Notes under the pieces: generated by a model
The model's input: the letters and a program-made list of their open reading frames with translations, nothing else
The model's database searches: none
What the model was told of the DNA's origin: nothing
Position numbers and translations under genes: made by a program
Assembly: GCA_024959305.1 (NCBI GenBank)
Contig: JANXGQ010000036.1
Coordinates: 8,624-72,623 of the forward strand
DNA: 64,000 nucleotides
Reading direction: 5' to 3'
From: Porticoccaceae bacterium
GTDB lineage: Bacteria; Pseudomonadota; Gammaproteobacteria; Pseudomonadales; Porticoccaceae
Shown here: piece after piece, positions 12,663 to 21,913 of the stretch
Layout of the letters: each line of letters starts with the position of its first letter
Numbering within the stretch: position 1 is the stretch's first letter

Positions 12663-12751
12663 CTCAGTGGTCAAATAGGCGCTCCAGCGCCATTTTCCGT
12701 CGCCCCCAAAACCGGCTTAATATGTAGTGCGGGCTATTCTCAACTAAAACG

Positions 12752-13393
12752 TTAAACGCCGTACTGCTGTCGGTATTTATCTATCTGTTCAACCAGCACA
12801 TTACTTTCCGGCTTAGCCTTTAGGTAGTGCATAATATCTTCAATATCAATAATGCTGGCCACTGGGATATTGAACTGGCTCTCGACCTCTTGTATAGCTG
12901 ACTTATTAGTAGTTCCGCGCTCTTTTCGATCCAACCCTATCACCACCCCGGCGGCCTGTGCACCGGCTTGCTCTACCATCGCCATCACTTCTCTTATGGC
13001 AGTGCCGGCAGTGATGACATCGTCAATAATTAGGACTTTTCCCTGTAGCGGCGCGCCCACTAGTGAACCCCCCTCGCCATGGGATTTTGCCTCTTTGCGA
13101 TTGAAGCAGTAGGGCACATCGATGCCATGCTGTTCTGCCAGTGCTATGCAAGTGGCCGCCGCTAGGGTAATGCCCTTATACGCGGGCCCAAATAGCACAT
13201 CGAACTCTATCCCCGACTCGGCAATGGCCGCTGCATAACATCGCCCCAAGGCCGCCAGAGCGCTGCCTCGATAAAACTCTCCAGCGTTAAAAAAGTGCGG
13301 TGAAACCCGCCCCGACTTGAGCGTAAACCGCCCAAACTTTAAGGCGCCACTAGCAATCGCGTTATCAATAAACTCAATTTTATAGGTTTTCAT
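12752..13393 (-). CDS. pyrE: Orotate phosphoribosyltransferase
   Basis: [44 protein letters not shown]. Confidence 0.97.
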   Translation of the reverse strand: MKTYKIEFIDNAIASGALKFGRFTLKSGRVSPHFFNAGEFYRGSALAALGRCYAAAIAESGIEFDVLFGPAYKGITLAAATCIALAEQHGIDVPYCFNRKEAKSHGEGGSLVGAPLQGKVLIIDDVITAGTAIREVMAMVEQAGAQAAGVVIGLDRKERGTTNKSAIQEVESQFNIPVASIIDIEDIMHYLKAKPESNVLVEQIDKYRQQYGV

Positions 13394-13431
13394 TAGCTCT
13401 AAATCTTTACCCAGTTATTTTAACCATCAGA

Positions 13432-14151
13432 TTATTGGGCCAGTGCCATATTCTGTACGCGAACCAGATCGGCAATTCCGTGCTTTGCCAATTCCAACAT
13501 CTCAGTCAATGCCTCTCCGCTCAATGGCGCCGCCTCGGCAGTGCCCTGAACCTCAATAAAGCCTCCATCGGCATTCATCACTATATTCATATCAGTGTCG
13601 GCATTTGAATCTTCAATATAATCTAGGTCCAGCACCGGCAACCCGTTGTACACCCCCACTGAAACAGAGGCCACCATAGCGATCAGAGGATCCCCCAAAA
13701 TGGCTTTTTTGCGTTGCAGGTGGCGAATTGCGTCCACCAATGCCACACAACCCCCAGTGATAGCGGCAGTTCTTGTGCCTCCGTCGGCCTGAATTACATC
13801 GCAGTCAATATGGATGGTATGCTCGCCCAGCTGCTTTACATCAACAGCGGCGCGCAACGATCTGCCAATCAGACGCTGTATTTCCTGAGTGCGGCCACTT
13901 TGCTTGCCTCGAGCGGCCTCGCGCCCCATGCGACTATTGGTGGAACGCGGCAACATACCGTATTCGGCAGTTACCCAGCCCTTCCCAGCGCCGCGCAAAA
14001 ACCGCGGCACGCTGTTTTCCACGCTGGCCGTGCAAATCACCTTGGTATTGCCAAACTCAACCAGCACCGAACCCTCGGCGTGGCAGGTATAGTCGCGGGT
14101 TATTTTGACTGGTCGCAATTGTTCCGGACGCCGTCCGCTGGGTCTTTCCAT
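13432..14151 (-). CDS. rph: Ribonuclease PH
   Basis: [46 protein letters not shown]. Confidence 0.98.
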   Translation of the reverse strand: MERPSGRRPEQLRPVKITRDYTCHAEGSVLVEFGNTKVICTASVENSVPRFLRGAGKGWVTAEYGMLPRSTNSRMGREAARGKQSGRTQEIQRLIGRSLRAAVDVKQLGEHTIHIDCDVIQADGGTRTAAITGGCVALVDAIRHLQRKKAILGDPLIAMVASVSVGVYNGLPVLDLDYIEDSNADTDMNIVMNADGGFIEVQGTAEAAPLSGEALTEMLELAKHGIADLVRVQNMALAQ

Positions 14152-14267
14152 AATTGATTTCCTAATAATAGAGGGATTTTAATCAGCGCTCGAATTGTAA
14201 CAAATCTTCCACCTCTTGGACTGCCTTTGTTAGAATAAGCGCATATAAAAAATCTCTTGGAGAGACT

Positions 14268-15131
14268 ATGCCTCGTAGTATGACAGCATTCGCCAGAACA
14301 GTGGGCGATTTTGATTGGGGGTCGGTGAGTTGCGAGCTGCGCTCGGTCAACCATCGATTTTTAGAAATCGGTTTCCGAATGCCCGAAACGGTGCGCGAAC
14401 TGGAAATGCAATTTCGCGAAATGGCGCGCAAAAAGCTCGGCCGCGGAAAGATCGACTGCTCTCTTCAGATCAATTTTAATCGTGCCGATACCTCTATGGC
14501 TGTCGACTTGGAGTTGGCTCGACGCCATATAGAGATAGCTGAAAGCATTGCCGCGCAAACAAAAAATCCGGCACCTATCTCTGCAATAGATATTATGAAG
14601 TGGCCGGGGATTTTAAAAGACCTAGAGGTCGACACTAAGCAGCTCCACAACGCCGCTTTACAAACATTTGATCAAGCACTTAATCAAATGCTCGAAGGGC
14701 GCCAACGCGAGGGCGCAAAACTTGCCGATATGATTGAACAACGCCTGCAAGGCATAGAGACTCAGGTGTCTGTGGTGCGCGAACATTTGCCGGAGATTCT
14801 CAATCAACAGCGTCTGCGCCTTAACGAAAAGCTGTCGGAGCTAAAAACCCAACTCGATGAAGGTCGGTTGGAACAGGAGATGGTTATTATCGCCAATCGC
14901 GCCGATGTAGATGAAGAATTAGATCGCCTAAATGCGCATATTAGTGAAATTCGCAATGTCTTAACTCGCCCAGAATCTGTGGGACGGCGGCTGGACTTTC
15001 TGATGCAAGAGTTAAATCGCGAGGCCAATACGCTGGGTTCAAAATCAATTGCCGGTGTTACCACTCAGGCCTCAGTCGAACTGAAAGTGCTGATAGAACA
15101 GATGCGCGAGCAGATTCAAAACATCGAATAA
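14268..15131 (+). CDS. yicC: YicC/YloC family endoribonuclease
   Basis: RSMTAFAR, SVNHRFLE, GRRLDFLMQELNREANTLGSKS, EQMREQIQNIE. Confidence 0.95.
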   Translation: MPRSMTAFARTVGDFDWGSVSCELRSVNHRFLEIGFRMPETVRELEMQFREMARKKLGRGKIDCSLQINFNRADTSMAVDLELARRHIEIAESIAAQTKNPAPISAIDIMKWPGILKDLEVDTKQLHNAALQTFDQALNQMLEGRQREGAKLADMIEQRLQGIETQVSVVREHLPEILNQQRLRLNEKLSELKTQLDEGRLEQEMVIIANRADVDEELDRLNAHISEIRNVLTRPESVGRRLDFLMQELNREANTLGSKSIAGVTTQASVELKVLIEQMREQIQNIE

Positions 15132-15178
15132 ATTTTCTTGATGCCCAAACCCGAGCCCCGCTGATAGCTTCAACGCCG

Positions 15179-17009
15179 CTACTTTAGAAACCGACTAATT
15201 CTCTCCAGCACATTGGTTACCTGCTCTGTATTTAGAGCTTTATCCATTCTCCGGTTAGTTCTATCCAGTGATTGATAACCACCAACTGCGTTAACCTCCA
15301 AGATAGAATCAGCACTGATAATACTATAAGCACTGTAACTCGAAGAAATGACCCAATCGCGCTGATCAAAACTACCGAATAGATCAACACCCGTTGAGTA
15401 ATCTGTGATGTTATTGGTCACTCCTAGGTAGTTCTTCATTAACGTCGGCACCACATCCTCATGGGAGGTGAAGCTATTCAAATACTGTTTGTTCGCCTTA
15501 TCCAATACCTGCGGACCAATCAGAAGAAATGGCACTTTTACCTGTGAATTAGTGAAATTACTGTTGTGACCCCAGAAGTTAAGCTTGTTGTCATTCAGCT
15601 CCTGTCCATGGTCGCCAGTAATCAGGATCATGGTATCGTCTAACATACCCTGTGCTTGCAGCGTCTCAATCACCTCTTTTACCAGACTGTCAACATAGCT
15701 AACACTGGCCTTATAGCGATTAAACAACGGTGTTGGGTCTGTATCCTTGCTTAACAGCAAGTAATTCAACTCTTTCAGCATAGGCTCGAATTTTGACTCA
15801 TAACTTGTCGGGAAATCATAGCCGTGTGGAGAATCAAAAAACAAAAATGAAACCACTGGTTTTGAACGGCTCGACGACTGATACCAAGCCTTCCAATCAT
15901 CGATTAAATCTCGATCTCTCTCTGATACTGTATTGCCTTCAGAACCAATGCGCAAATCAGGTACATGACGGAAAACCGTGCGATCAAACTCAGGGTTGAT
16001 AAGCTGTGCAGAAGCAAAAATGCCAAGTTGGTAATCCAGCTGTTGTAATCTATCAACCAATACTGATGAACGTTGATTGGCTAGAAAAGCATGCCAATAG
16101 GCTCCCGGAATACCGTAAAATAAGCCAAAAATTCCGGTTCGAGTAGAATTACCCGCCGACATATGGTCGTTATAAACTAACCCTTTCTTAGAAAGCTCCC
16201 AGATTGTAGGCATTACCTCTGGCGTAAAAGTATCATAGCGCCAGCTATCGATCACCAGGAACAAAATATCTTTAGGCCGCTGTGGAGCCTGCCCTGCAAT
16301 AGGGTTTAGCGGATAACTCAAATCCCCCTTTGCCATCCACCTTTAAACGCCGCTGCTGTTCAATCGCAACCAAGTCTACCCAGCCTAACTTTTGGAGCTG
16401 TGAGTTGGCAGTCAATGGATAGTACAGGGGCAAGTATCGACTGACCATAGATACTGGCTGGTTTGCATATGCAAAAGCCCAAGCATGAATTAGATTGGCG
16501 ACAATAAATACTGCAAATATAGAGTAGCCTAGCTTGCGCCCCAGCTTCGGTTTAATGCTTTGTTGTTTACGCTCTAGTAAAGAGACTAACCAAAATTCAA
16601 GTATTAAAACCGCAACCAAACCGCCGATAACCATTAACCAGACTGTGAGGGGGAAACTGACAATATCGCCCGCTAGAATTAGCCCCACTACTACCGCATT
16701 AATATGGAATCTGTATTGAGCAAAGACAATCGTGTCCATAAATAACAGCATCAACCCCAATGCTCCAATCAGGGCAATCACCAGTCTTCGAGGGGTCTGC
16801 TGAAGAAACAGAGCTGGCAGTAAAAACAGCCCAATCACCATAGCTAATAGGCTCATCTGCCCAATGGTGGAAGTGATAACAAATACTGTTGATAACCAAG
16901 TAACCAGTTCAGCTGGAAAAAATATAAAAAAGCGCGTAGAAATTAAAGAGGCGAAAAGCGCATTGATCAGGATAAACCAGCCCAGCGCACGATGATTGTA
17001 TTTGGCCAT
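15179..17009 (-). pseudogene. yejM: DUF3413/sulfatase-like LPS homeostasis protein (YejM/PbgA/LapC family), split by a one-base frameshift
   Basis: ORF 16272..17009 encodes the multi-TM N-terminus (RYLPLYYPLTA). ORF 15179..16336 encodes the sulfatase-like domain (FLVIDSWR, GNSTRTGIFGLFYG, ITGDHGQE, WGHNSNF). Removing one G from the G5 run (C5 at 16324-16328) restores ...VDGK-GDLSYPL. Could be an assembly error. Confidence 0.8.
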
Positions 17010-17318
17010 AGTAAAAGTCCATTAAATTAACACTAAACCTTTGCACAAAACTCCACAGATCAGCCAAGGACGACCCTATCAACCAATGATAATTAGGGCA
17101 AGCAATCTTTGCATTAGTCCCATCAGTAACAGCTCACACAGCTGTGCAGTTCTGATTTGACGATACTGGGGAAGTGATCCTATTGCCATCCTTCACCATC
17201 AACCGCATAGGTTTCGGATGCACAAAGCACCCTCTGCGTAGAGAACATGGATTTATTTTTCTACTGCTGTAAACTCGTTACCGCTAACAATTATTCAAAC
17301 CTAACAATTTTTTTCTAT

Positions 17319-17927
17319 ATGGCACTAGGTACTCTGTTTATTATTTCAGCCCCTTCCGGCGCGGGTAAAACCAGCTTGGTTGCGGAATTGCTGAGCCGAC
17401 TCGATAATATTCAGGTGTCGGTATCCCATACCACCAGAGCCAGCCGCCGCGGCGAGCAGGATGCTGTCAATTATCACTTTGTATCGCGCCAGCAGTTTGA
17501 AAGCATGGTGGCAGATCAAAAATTTGTTGAGTATGCCGAGGTGTTTGGCAACTACTACGGCACTTCCGAGGAATGGGTCAACAGCGCATTAAATCGGGGG
17601 ATCGATGTGATTCTTGAAATTGACTGGCAGGGCGCTGAGCAGGTGCGGGAGAAATTTTCTCGCAGCGTAAGCATTTTTATTCTACCGCCCAGCAAGCAGA
17701 CACTGCTTGAGCGACTCAAAGGCCGAGGTCAGGATGAAGCCGCGGTAATTGAAAAGCGTGTTGCCGCCGCGACCGAAGAAATGAGTCACTATAAAGATGC
17801 CGATTATTTAGTGATCAACGATCAGTTTGAGATCGCCTGCCACCAGTTGCAGGCAATTGTCGAAGCTCAGCGCTGCGAAATTAATGCCCGAGGGCATGAA
17901 AAATTGCTGACAGATTTATTGTCGTAA
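17319..17927 (+). CDS. gmk: Guanylate kinase
   Basis: ISAPSGAGKTSL P-loop, SHTTR, NYYGTS, LEIDWQGA, FILPPS. Start taken at ATG 17319. Confidence 0.97.
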   Translation: MALGTLFIISAPSGAGKTSLVAELLSRLDNIQVSVSHTTRASRRGEQDAVNYHFVSRQQFESMVADQKFVEYAEVFGNYYGTSEEWVNSALNRGIDVILEIDWQGAEQVREKFSRSVSIFILPPSKQTLLERLKGRGQDEAAVIEKRVAAATEEMSHYKDADYLVINDQFEIACHQLQAIVEAQRCEINARGHEKLLTDLLS

Positions 17928-18010
17928 CCCTCTATATTAGGTAAACTAGTCGACCCTCGGTGGCAAATGGCCACAAATTCCAATTAATTTTTATGCACAG
18001 CGGATAAAAA

Positions 18011-18277
18011 ATGGCTCGCATTACTGTAGAAGATTGCTTAAATCACGTAGACAACCGTTTTGAATTGGTGATGGTGGGCTCCAAGCGCGCCCGTCAGATC
18101 GCCGTAGACGGTCGCCCCCCTTTAGTTGATGGAGAGAATGACAAACCCACAGTTATTGCGCTCCGTGAGATTGAGCAGGGTCTGATTAGTCCGGAGATCC
18201 TTCAAGAAATAGATCGTGACTACGAAATCGTAGAATCCGAAGAAAGTTCAGAAGGCGCTCCTCAAGACTCTGTCTAA
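18011..18277 (+). CDS. rpoZ: RNA polymerase omega subunit
   Basis: [10 protein letters not shown]...[16 protein letters not shown]...[10 protein letters not shown]. Confidence 0.98.
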   Translation: MARITVEDCLNHVDNRFELVMVGSKRARQIAVDGRPPLVDGENDKPTVIALREIEQGLISPEILQEIDRDYEIVESEESSEGAPQDSV

Positions 18278-18306
18278 CGCAGCTCTAAAGCCAGGGAGGA
18301 GGGCAA

Positions 18307-20421
18307 GTGCTTTCAGTACTAACTAACAAGCTCTCTAACTATCTCGACAAAAAAGAAGTCAAAAAAGTCGAACGCGCCTTTAGGTACGCGGAACAATGCC
18401 ACTCGGGCCAGATACGTCAGAGTGGCGACCCCTACATTACGCACCCCCTTGCAGTGGCCAATATTCTTGCCGATATGCGGCTGGATCATGAAAGCCTGAT
18501 GGCTGCGCTTCTTCACGATGTGATTGAAGATACCGGCGTTACCAAAGGTCAAATCAGTCGTCGCTTTGGCCGCACTGTTGCCGACTTGGTGGACGGTGTC
18601 AGCAAACTGAGTGAAATTGAATTTGAGACTAAGGCGCAACTACAGGCTGAAAGTTTTCAAAAGATGACCTTGGCAATGTCAAAGGACATTCGCGTGGTCT
18701 TGGTCAAATTGGCAGATCGACTGCACAATATGCGCACTCTGAGTGTGCTGGCCCCAGAAAAGCGTCGCCGCATCGCACGCGAAACACTGGATATTTATGC
18801 GCCTATCGCCCAGCGCCTGGGCATCAATGGTATTCGTATAGAATTTGAAGATCTGGGTTTTGCCACTATGTATCCCCTGCGCCACAGGCGTCTGCGGGAG
18901 GCGATGAAAGCAGCGGGCAAAAATCGCAAAGAAATTGTCGCCGAAATACATCAATCTATTGAAGTTCGCCTAGAGCAAGAGTCATTTCCCGCGATTGTTA
19001 AGGGCCGCAAAAAACATCTGTGGAGCATTTACCTAAAGATGCGCGAAAAGAAAAAGTCTTTTCGCGATATTATGGACGTGTTTGCATTCCGACTGATTGT
19101 TGACTCAGTGGACGACTGCTACCGCACTCTGGGCATAATGCACAATATCTTCAAGCCCGTACCCGGTGAATTTAAAGACTATATCGCCATACCAAAGGCC
19201 AATGGTTATCAGTCTTTACACTCTGTTTTAGTGGGTATGCACGGAGTGCTAATTGAAGTGCAAATTCGCACCAAAGAAATGGAGCAGATGGCCAACTACG
19301 GTATTGCCGCGCACTGGGAATACAAAACCGGAAATAAAACCGTCGAGGCCAGTCAGCGGCGTGCTATCCGCTGGGTTCAGGGTCTCTTGGAGATGCAAAA
19401 ACAGGCCGGTGACTCACTGGAGTTTCTGGAGCATGTCAAGGCGGATCTATTTCCCGATGAAATTTATGTGTTTACACCTAAGGGCAGCATAATTGAGCTG
19501 CCCTCTGGCGCAACACCTATAGATTTTGCCTACTCGGTTCATACAGATCTGGGCAATAGCTGCATAGCCTGCCGCGTCGATGGAGAGCTCACCCCACTGT
19601 CGGAGCAACTTGAAAGCGGCCAAAAGATCGAGATTGTGAGCACTGAGGGTGCTCAACCCAATCCCAACTGGCTCAATTTTGTGGTAACCGCGAAAGCGCG
19701 AAGTGCCATTCGCCACTTCCTTAAAAATCAGCAACATGATGAGTCTGTCGATCTGGGTAAGCGGCTTTTGGATCGGGCGTTGGCCAACTATGGCACCAAA
19801 TACAATCAGCTTAGAAAATCACAAATCAAGCGACTTCTCAAAGAGACTTCAGCCCCTACCTTCGAGTACGTTTTGCAACAGATTGGGCTCGGTAATCGGG
19901 TGCCTTTTGCAGTGGCTAATCTGCTTGTTCCGCCATCAAAACGCAATATACCTGAGGGTAAGCGCAACTCCTCTCTACCCGTAGTTATAGATGCATCTGA
20001 CGGCCTTCTACTGCAGTATGCCCGATGCTGCCATCCAATCCCGGGAGACCCTATACTGGGCCATGTTACACCGGGGAAAGGCCTGGTAATTCACTTGGAA
20101 TCCTGTCGCAATCTCAAAGAAGTTCGCTTCCATCCAGAAAAGTGTATGCCGCTTACCTGGTCCAGAGTGGTGCATGGTGAATTTCCTGTAGAGCTTAAAG
20201 TTGAAATAACTCCAGAACGCGGCTTTATTGCTGCACTCGCCTCGCGCATAACCGAGGAAGATGCGACAATTGAAAACATTAACGTCACTGAAAAAGACGC
20301 TTTCACCAGTATTGTAGATGTGGTGATAACGGTTCGTGATAGGATTCATCTTGCGGAAATACTGCGCCGAGCTCGAAGTCTAACCTCTGTGCGGCGTATC
20401 TACAGAGTACGGAATAAATAG
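18307..20421 (+). CDS. spoT: (p)ppGpp synthetase/hydrolase SpoT
   Basis: PYITHP, LHDVIED (HD), VKLADRLHNMRTL, PKANGYQSLH, TGS and ACT domains; gmk-rpoZ-spoT synteny. Confidence 0.97.
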   Translation: MLSVLTNKLSNYLDKKEVKKVERAFRYAEQCHSGQIRQSGDPYITHPLAVANILADMRLDHESLMAALLHDVIEDTGVTKGQISRRFGRTVADLVDGVSKLSEIEFETKAQLQAESFQKMTLAMSKDIRVVLVKLADRLHNMRTLSVLAPEKRRRIARETLDIYAPIAQRLGINGIRIEFEDLGFATMYPLRHRRLREAMKAAGKNRKEIVAEIHQSIEVRLEQESFPAIVKGRKKHLWSIYLKMREKKKSFRDIMDVFAFRLIVDSVDDCYRTLGIMHNIFKPVPGEFKDYIAIPKANGYQSLHSVLVGMHGVLIEVQIRTKEMEQMANYGIAAHWEYKTGNKTVEASQRRAIRWVQGLLEMQKQAGDSLEFLEHVKADLFPDEIYVFTPKGSIIELPSGATPIDFAYSVHTDLGNSCIACRVDGELTPLSEQLESGQKIEIVSTEGAQPNPNWLNFVVTAKARSAIRHFLKNQQHDESVDLGKRLLDRALANYGTKYNQLRKSQIKRLLKETSAPTFEYVLQQIGLGNRVPFAVANLLVPPSKRNIPEGKRNSSLPVVIDASDGLLLQYARCCHPIPGDPILGHVTPGKGLVIHLESCRNLKEVRFHPEKCMPLTWSRVVHGEFPVELKVEITPERGFIAALASRITEEDATIENINVTEKDAFTSIVDVVITVRDRIHLAEILRRARSLTSVRRIYRVRNK

Positions 20422-20430
20422 GAATAGCTT

Positions 20431-20817
20431 ATGTCCAATAAAGCCCATATTTACACTGAAAAGGCACCCGCCGCAATCGGCCCTTACAGTCAGGCAGTCA
20501 AGGTCCACCAAACGGTTTATCTATCGGGGCAAATCCCTCTAGATCCCGAAACCATGGAGTTGGTGGGCGGCGATATACAACAGCAAGCTCGTCAGGTATT
20601 TGCAAACCTCCGAGCCGTCTGTCAGGCCTCTGGTTCGGACCTCAAAGGCATTGTTAAGCTCAATATCTACCTGACCGATCTGGGCAATTTTGCGGCTGTT
20701 AACGAAGTAATGGCAGAGCTATTCGACGAGCCCTATCCCGCCCGAGCGGCAGTTGGCGTAAAGGCGCTACCCAAGGGCGCAGAGGTGGAAATGGACGCTA
20801 TTGTGGTTGCTAGCTAA
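20431..20817 (+). CDS. ridA: RidA/Rid family enamine deaminase
   Basis: [43 protein letters not shown]. Confidence 0.93.
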   Translation: MSNKAHIYTEKAPAAIGPYSQAVKVHQTVYLSGQIPLDPETMELVGGDIQQQARQVFANLRAVCQASGSDLKGIVKLNIYLTDLGNFAAVNEVMAELFDEPYPARAAVGVKALPKGAEVEMDAIVVAS

Positions 20818-21653
20818 TCAGCTAACAACGCAAGATATCCCTCTTTATAGGAGGGATATTTAAATGGGTAGCCAGCCTCTAAAAGCCGGCGGTTACTACA
20901 GCGTCGCGTGGCACTCAGTTTGACCGATTCTTCAGTCAGCTCAACCGACATTTGAACAGCTAACCATCGGCGCAGCTGATGTTGGGTTACCGGCTCTGAA
21001 TCCGACGCCAAATAAATATTTTGAAGCCTCTCTCCGCCGCCAAAAAGGCCTATTAAATGGGCCAATACGCCTGCACAATCCTCACGGTGAATGCGGTTGC
21101 TCCACTGTTCTGGCTGTGCTGGCCGGCCTTTTCCGGCAATTATTTGATTGAGCATTCTGCTGCGTCCGGAGTCGGCGCCATAGATACCAGAAAATCTAAC
21201 CAGCGTATTGGCACAGGGTAGGCGCTGAATAATCTGCTCGGCCTGTAACAGTATCTGCCCAGAAAATGTTTGCGGCTCAGCCGCGGAGCATTCATCCACC
21301 CAAGCGCTTCCGCAATCACCATAGACACTGGTGCTGGACACCCAAATAACCAACTTTGGCGGTCTTTGCGTAGCCGTAACCGCGGTTAATATGGAGTCGG
21401 CGGCAGCTAGATATGAATCGCGATAGGCCTGCTCGGTAAATTCTGCCGGGGTCAGGGTAGCCACCCAAATATCAAAACCTTGGGACACCGCCGATTGTAA
21501 CTGCTCGGGGTCAGTGATATCGCCGGCAATAGCAATTATCCCTGCGCGCAGGTTTTTTGGATTGCGCTTACATCCAAAGCATTGATGCTTATCGGCCAAT
21601 AATGCCGCGACCCGCTGTCCAATATCACCACAACCAAGAAAAAGGATTTTCAA
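20814..21653 (-). CDS. Atypical SDR / NAD-dependent epimerase (YeeZ-like)
   Basis: LGCGDIG nucleotide-binding motif, [23 protein letters not shown]. Confidence 0.88.
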   Translation of the reverse strand: MKILFLGCGDIGQRVAALLADKHQCFGCKRNPKNLRAGIIAIAGDITDPEQLQSAVSQGFDIWVATLTPAEFTEQAYRDSYLAAADSILTAVTATQRPPKLVIWVSSTSVYGDCGSAWVDECSAAEPQTFSGQILLQAEQIIQRLPCANTLVRFSGIYGADSGRSRMLNQIIAGKGRPAQPEQWSNRIHREDCAGVLAHLIGLFGGGERLQNIYLASDSEPVTQHQLRRWLAVQMSVELTEESVKLSATRRCSNRRLLEAGYPFKYPSYKEGYLALLAD

Positions 21654-21721
21654 TTAAAATTCTCACTCTTATTAAAATTAGCTATTATGAGCCATAAAAT
21701 ACTCAAAACGAGAAAAGCCCG

Positions 21722-21913
21722 ATGACATTCACAGTACTTTGGTCAGGCCGCGGAACCCTGCAATCAGAGTCAGCTTCTATCCTCACCATGACCGCAGGCA
21801 GCTCACTGGAAACGCTCTATTATAGGCTCGCATCTGGCTTGGGTGTTGTCATTTTTCCACAATCCGCATCTCTGGATCCCAATTTTAAGGGGTCAGGGCT
21901 GGTCACTGGCTAA
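21722..21913 (+). pseudogene. oxyR: Heavily deleted relic of the LysR-type regulator OxyR
   Basis: Starts MTFT (OxyR: MTLT). A shifted frame at 21732-21773 reads QYFGQAAEPCNQSQ (cf. HFGRAAERCHVSQ in the HTH). 21797-21868 reads GSSLETLYYRLASGLGVVIFPQSA (cf. SSLETIRHMVASGLG..LP.SA). The stop overlaps the recG ATG, the oxyR-recG position known in Pseudomonas. Confidence 0.8.

Noticed and set aside
13394-13431. E. coli-type rph-pyrE attenuator
   Set aside because: The 38-bp gap has no GC-rich hairpin with a U-tract.
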